Positions 62,040-64,000 of a stretch of DNA of 64,000 bases are shown here, one piece after another. The DNA comes from Felis catus (Eukaryota). The stretch's first letter is position 1. Every line of letters begins with the position of its first letter. The notes below the pieces were generated by a model that saw only the letters and a list, made by a program, of their open reading frames with translations, was not told the origin of the DNA and did no database searches. A program made the translations under genes and the position numbers. The stretch spans positions 67,642,001 through 67,706,000 of the forward strand of contig NC_058377.1 of assembly GCF_018350175.1 (NCBI RefSeq), written 5' to 3'.

Positions 62040-62400
62040 TCACTATGACCGTTGCAGGGAGGAGGGCTGCTGAGGTGGCGTGGCGGGGCCCATGCGAGCG
62101 ATGAAGCAAGATGTGAGCAGGGGGGGCGTGAGGGACAAGAGGAGGTCTCTGGCGTGAGCACCTGGTGGAGGTCACTAGAGCGGCCCTGGGAGAGGAGCAA
62201 TGGGTTGGTTCTCTGCTTGTCACACCAGCATTGTCTGAGGGACACCCACCCAGACGTCCAGGGCCCATCAGCAGCCGGAGATTGGGCCTGGAGCTCAGGA
62301 TATAGATGTGGATTTGGGCATCCCGGTGTCTGGGTGGCCCTGTGTCACGGGCGTGAGACTGTGATGCAGGAGTGGCCGTGAGCAGCTTCTCCCGGAGCAG
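62040..62400 (-). mobile_element. Probable L2 fragment
   Basis: 'gggcctggagctcaggatatagatgtggatttgggcatc' is antisense L2-like. Confidence 0.4.
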
Positions 62401-63689
62401 ACCCAAAGACTGGCATGTGGGAGGTGACTGGGGCACAACAGGGAGGGAGCTGGAGGGCGGGGAGATAGGGAGGGAGGAATGCCAGTAAAGTGCACATTAA
62501 GGTGGGTTACTGGGGCTCAGTCCTATGGGGGGACGGTGGGGGGTGGTGAGGCCTCACATGTGTGTTCCTGAAGGGTGAGGAGGCCCATCCCTCATGGACG
62601 GGCTTGTTCCTGAGGCCCAACCCCCTCAGTACTTCGGTCTGCCCACACGCAGGCCCGAGCATGTGCCTGTGGCCACAGAAGGGCCTCAGACAGAGACACA
62701 GGAAGCTGCGGGAGCTGCGGGTCTGTGACCCCCTGGCAAGTGACCTTTGGGGCCAGCCAGGATACGGCCAGGTCGCTGGCTTCTGCCATTGTCTCTGCAA
62801 ACAATCGTGTCCACTTCCGGTCGGGAGTGAGGGGCCCATCTTCTCCCTTCACTTCTTGGAGCGGGTGGGAGCCTGGGTACCGGCAGGCGAGGGCTGAGGC
62901 TGAGCTGTGGAACCAGGCTATGGGGCTCGCTGTCCTGGAGGTCTTAGACACCTGCTAAAAGAGCCCTTGATGGTATCAGGGAAGACCGTTTCCTGTTTCT
63001 ACCAAGTCATCGGATGTGCAAACAATTAAGAAAATAATGATCTCACTCCAGGGTGTTCAGAGAGCCCCCAGACAGCTGCTAGTTGGCTTGCACCAACATC
63101 AGGGAAAAGCAGCCAGCTGAGGCTGGATGTGGCCAAGTGCCCTTGGCCTCCTTCCTTTACATTCTCCCCTCCTGCCTCTGCCCCAGGCTCACCAGCCCCT
63201 CTGCTTTGGAGACGTGTGACCTTGTGTGTCTCACTTTTATCCCTCTGAGGCCCAAGTGAGCCTGGACTGGCCATGTGGCCCTCACTCTTTGGGAGCCAGG
63301 GCCCTCAGGGATTATCTCAGAGCCAATTCTCCCACCAGGGCCTGGGCATCTGGGCTCAGGGAGGAGATGCCCCCTATCGCCCTGTTTTCACTGCCCCCGG
63401 ATTAGCTCAAAGGGGAGAGCTCTATTCTGGGGTTTGCTTCTTAGAGTGTAGATGTTGGGAGTGGCTGAAGGCAGGGTGCCTTTGATAGGACAGGGATGTG
63501 TGGAGTTTGTAAAAGCGTGGGTTTGGGTGAGGGCAAGCGCCTCTAGGCAGGTGAGACTGACGGTGTAGATGCTGGCACAGGCTGGACGGGCCACGGAAGC
63601 CAACAGGCCTGGTGAAGTATGGGCGTCGACTGGTGTCAAGGTGTGGATATATCCATGACGGCGGCTGGGTGTTAGGATGTCAGTGGATA

Positions 63690-63895
63690 AAATAATAGTA
63701 GTTACGACTTGATGGCACTTACCATGTACCTGTCGCTGTTCTTAGTGTTTTACATAAATTCCCACTCGTTTAATTTTCACAACAACCCCACAGAAGACAT
63801 TCCTATTTTTTAAGGAGAGGAAACAGAGATGGAGAGGTTTAGTAGCTGCCTGAGACCATCCAGCCAATAGCTGAGGCTGACTCAGAGTCCACACC
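63690..63895 (-). mobile_element. MIR
   Basis: 'tttaattttcacaacaacccc...gaggaaacagagatggagaggtttagtagctgcctgagacc'. Confidence 0.6.
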
Positions 63896-64000
63896 CCTGG
63901 TCCCTCTGCCCTACAGCAGGGACGGGGCGCAGGCTTGTGGAGGTGCGGGTGTGGGTAGACGCGGGGCGTCGGTGATTGTGGCTTCAAGTAGAGGCCGCCG

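Noticed and set aside
1-64000. CRISPR-like or regularly spaced repeat arrays
   Set aside because: The recurring motifs are dispersed SINE, MIR and L2 copies at irregular spacing.

Overview
Mammalian genomic DNA from a feliform carnivore, most likely Felidae: it carries about 27 tRNA-derived Can-SINEs of the feline type and a feline-type L1 3' end. I found no intact protein-coding exon, RNA gene or CRISPR array. The window looks like a repeat-rich intergenic or large-intron interval containing SINEs, L1, L2, MIR, MaLR/ERVL LTRs, hAT and Tigger DNA-transposon relics, microsatellites and four short N gaps. It also holds a decayed RPS15 retrocopy fragment at 14201-14340. The most unusual structure is a 2.4-kb quasi-palindrome at 31364-33745. 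Its two non-repeat, GC-rich arms of about 670 bp are about 98% identical and flank a 1042-bp spacer, and their differences are patchy and GC-asymmetric, which suggests arm-to-arm gene conversion or an invertible segment. Several unique stretches carry clustered transcription-factor motifs (three TTAATTAA in 417 bp, two perfect octamers 73 bp apart, a HOX/FOX/MEIS cluster) and are candidate enhancers. Repeat family names come from recalled consensus sequences, not a database search, and boundaries of old repeats are approximate.
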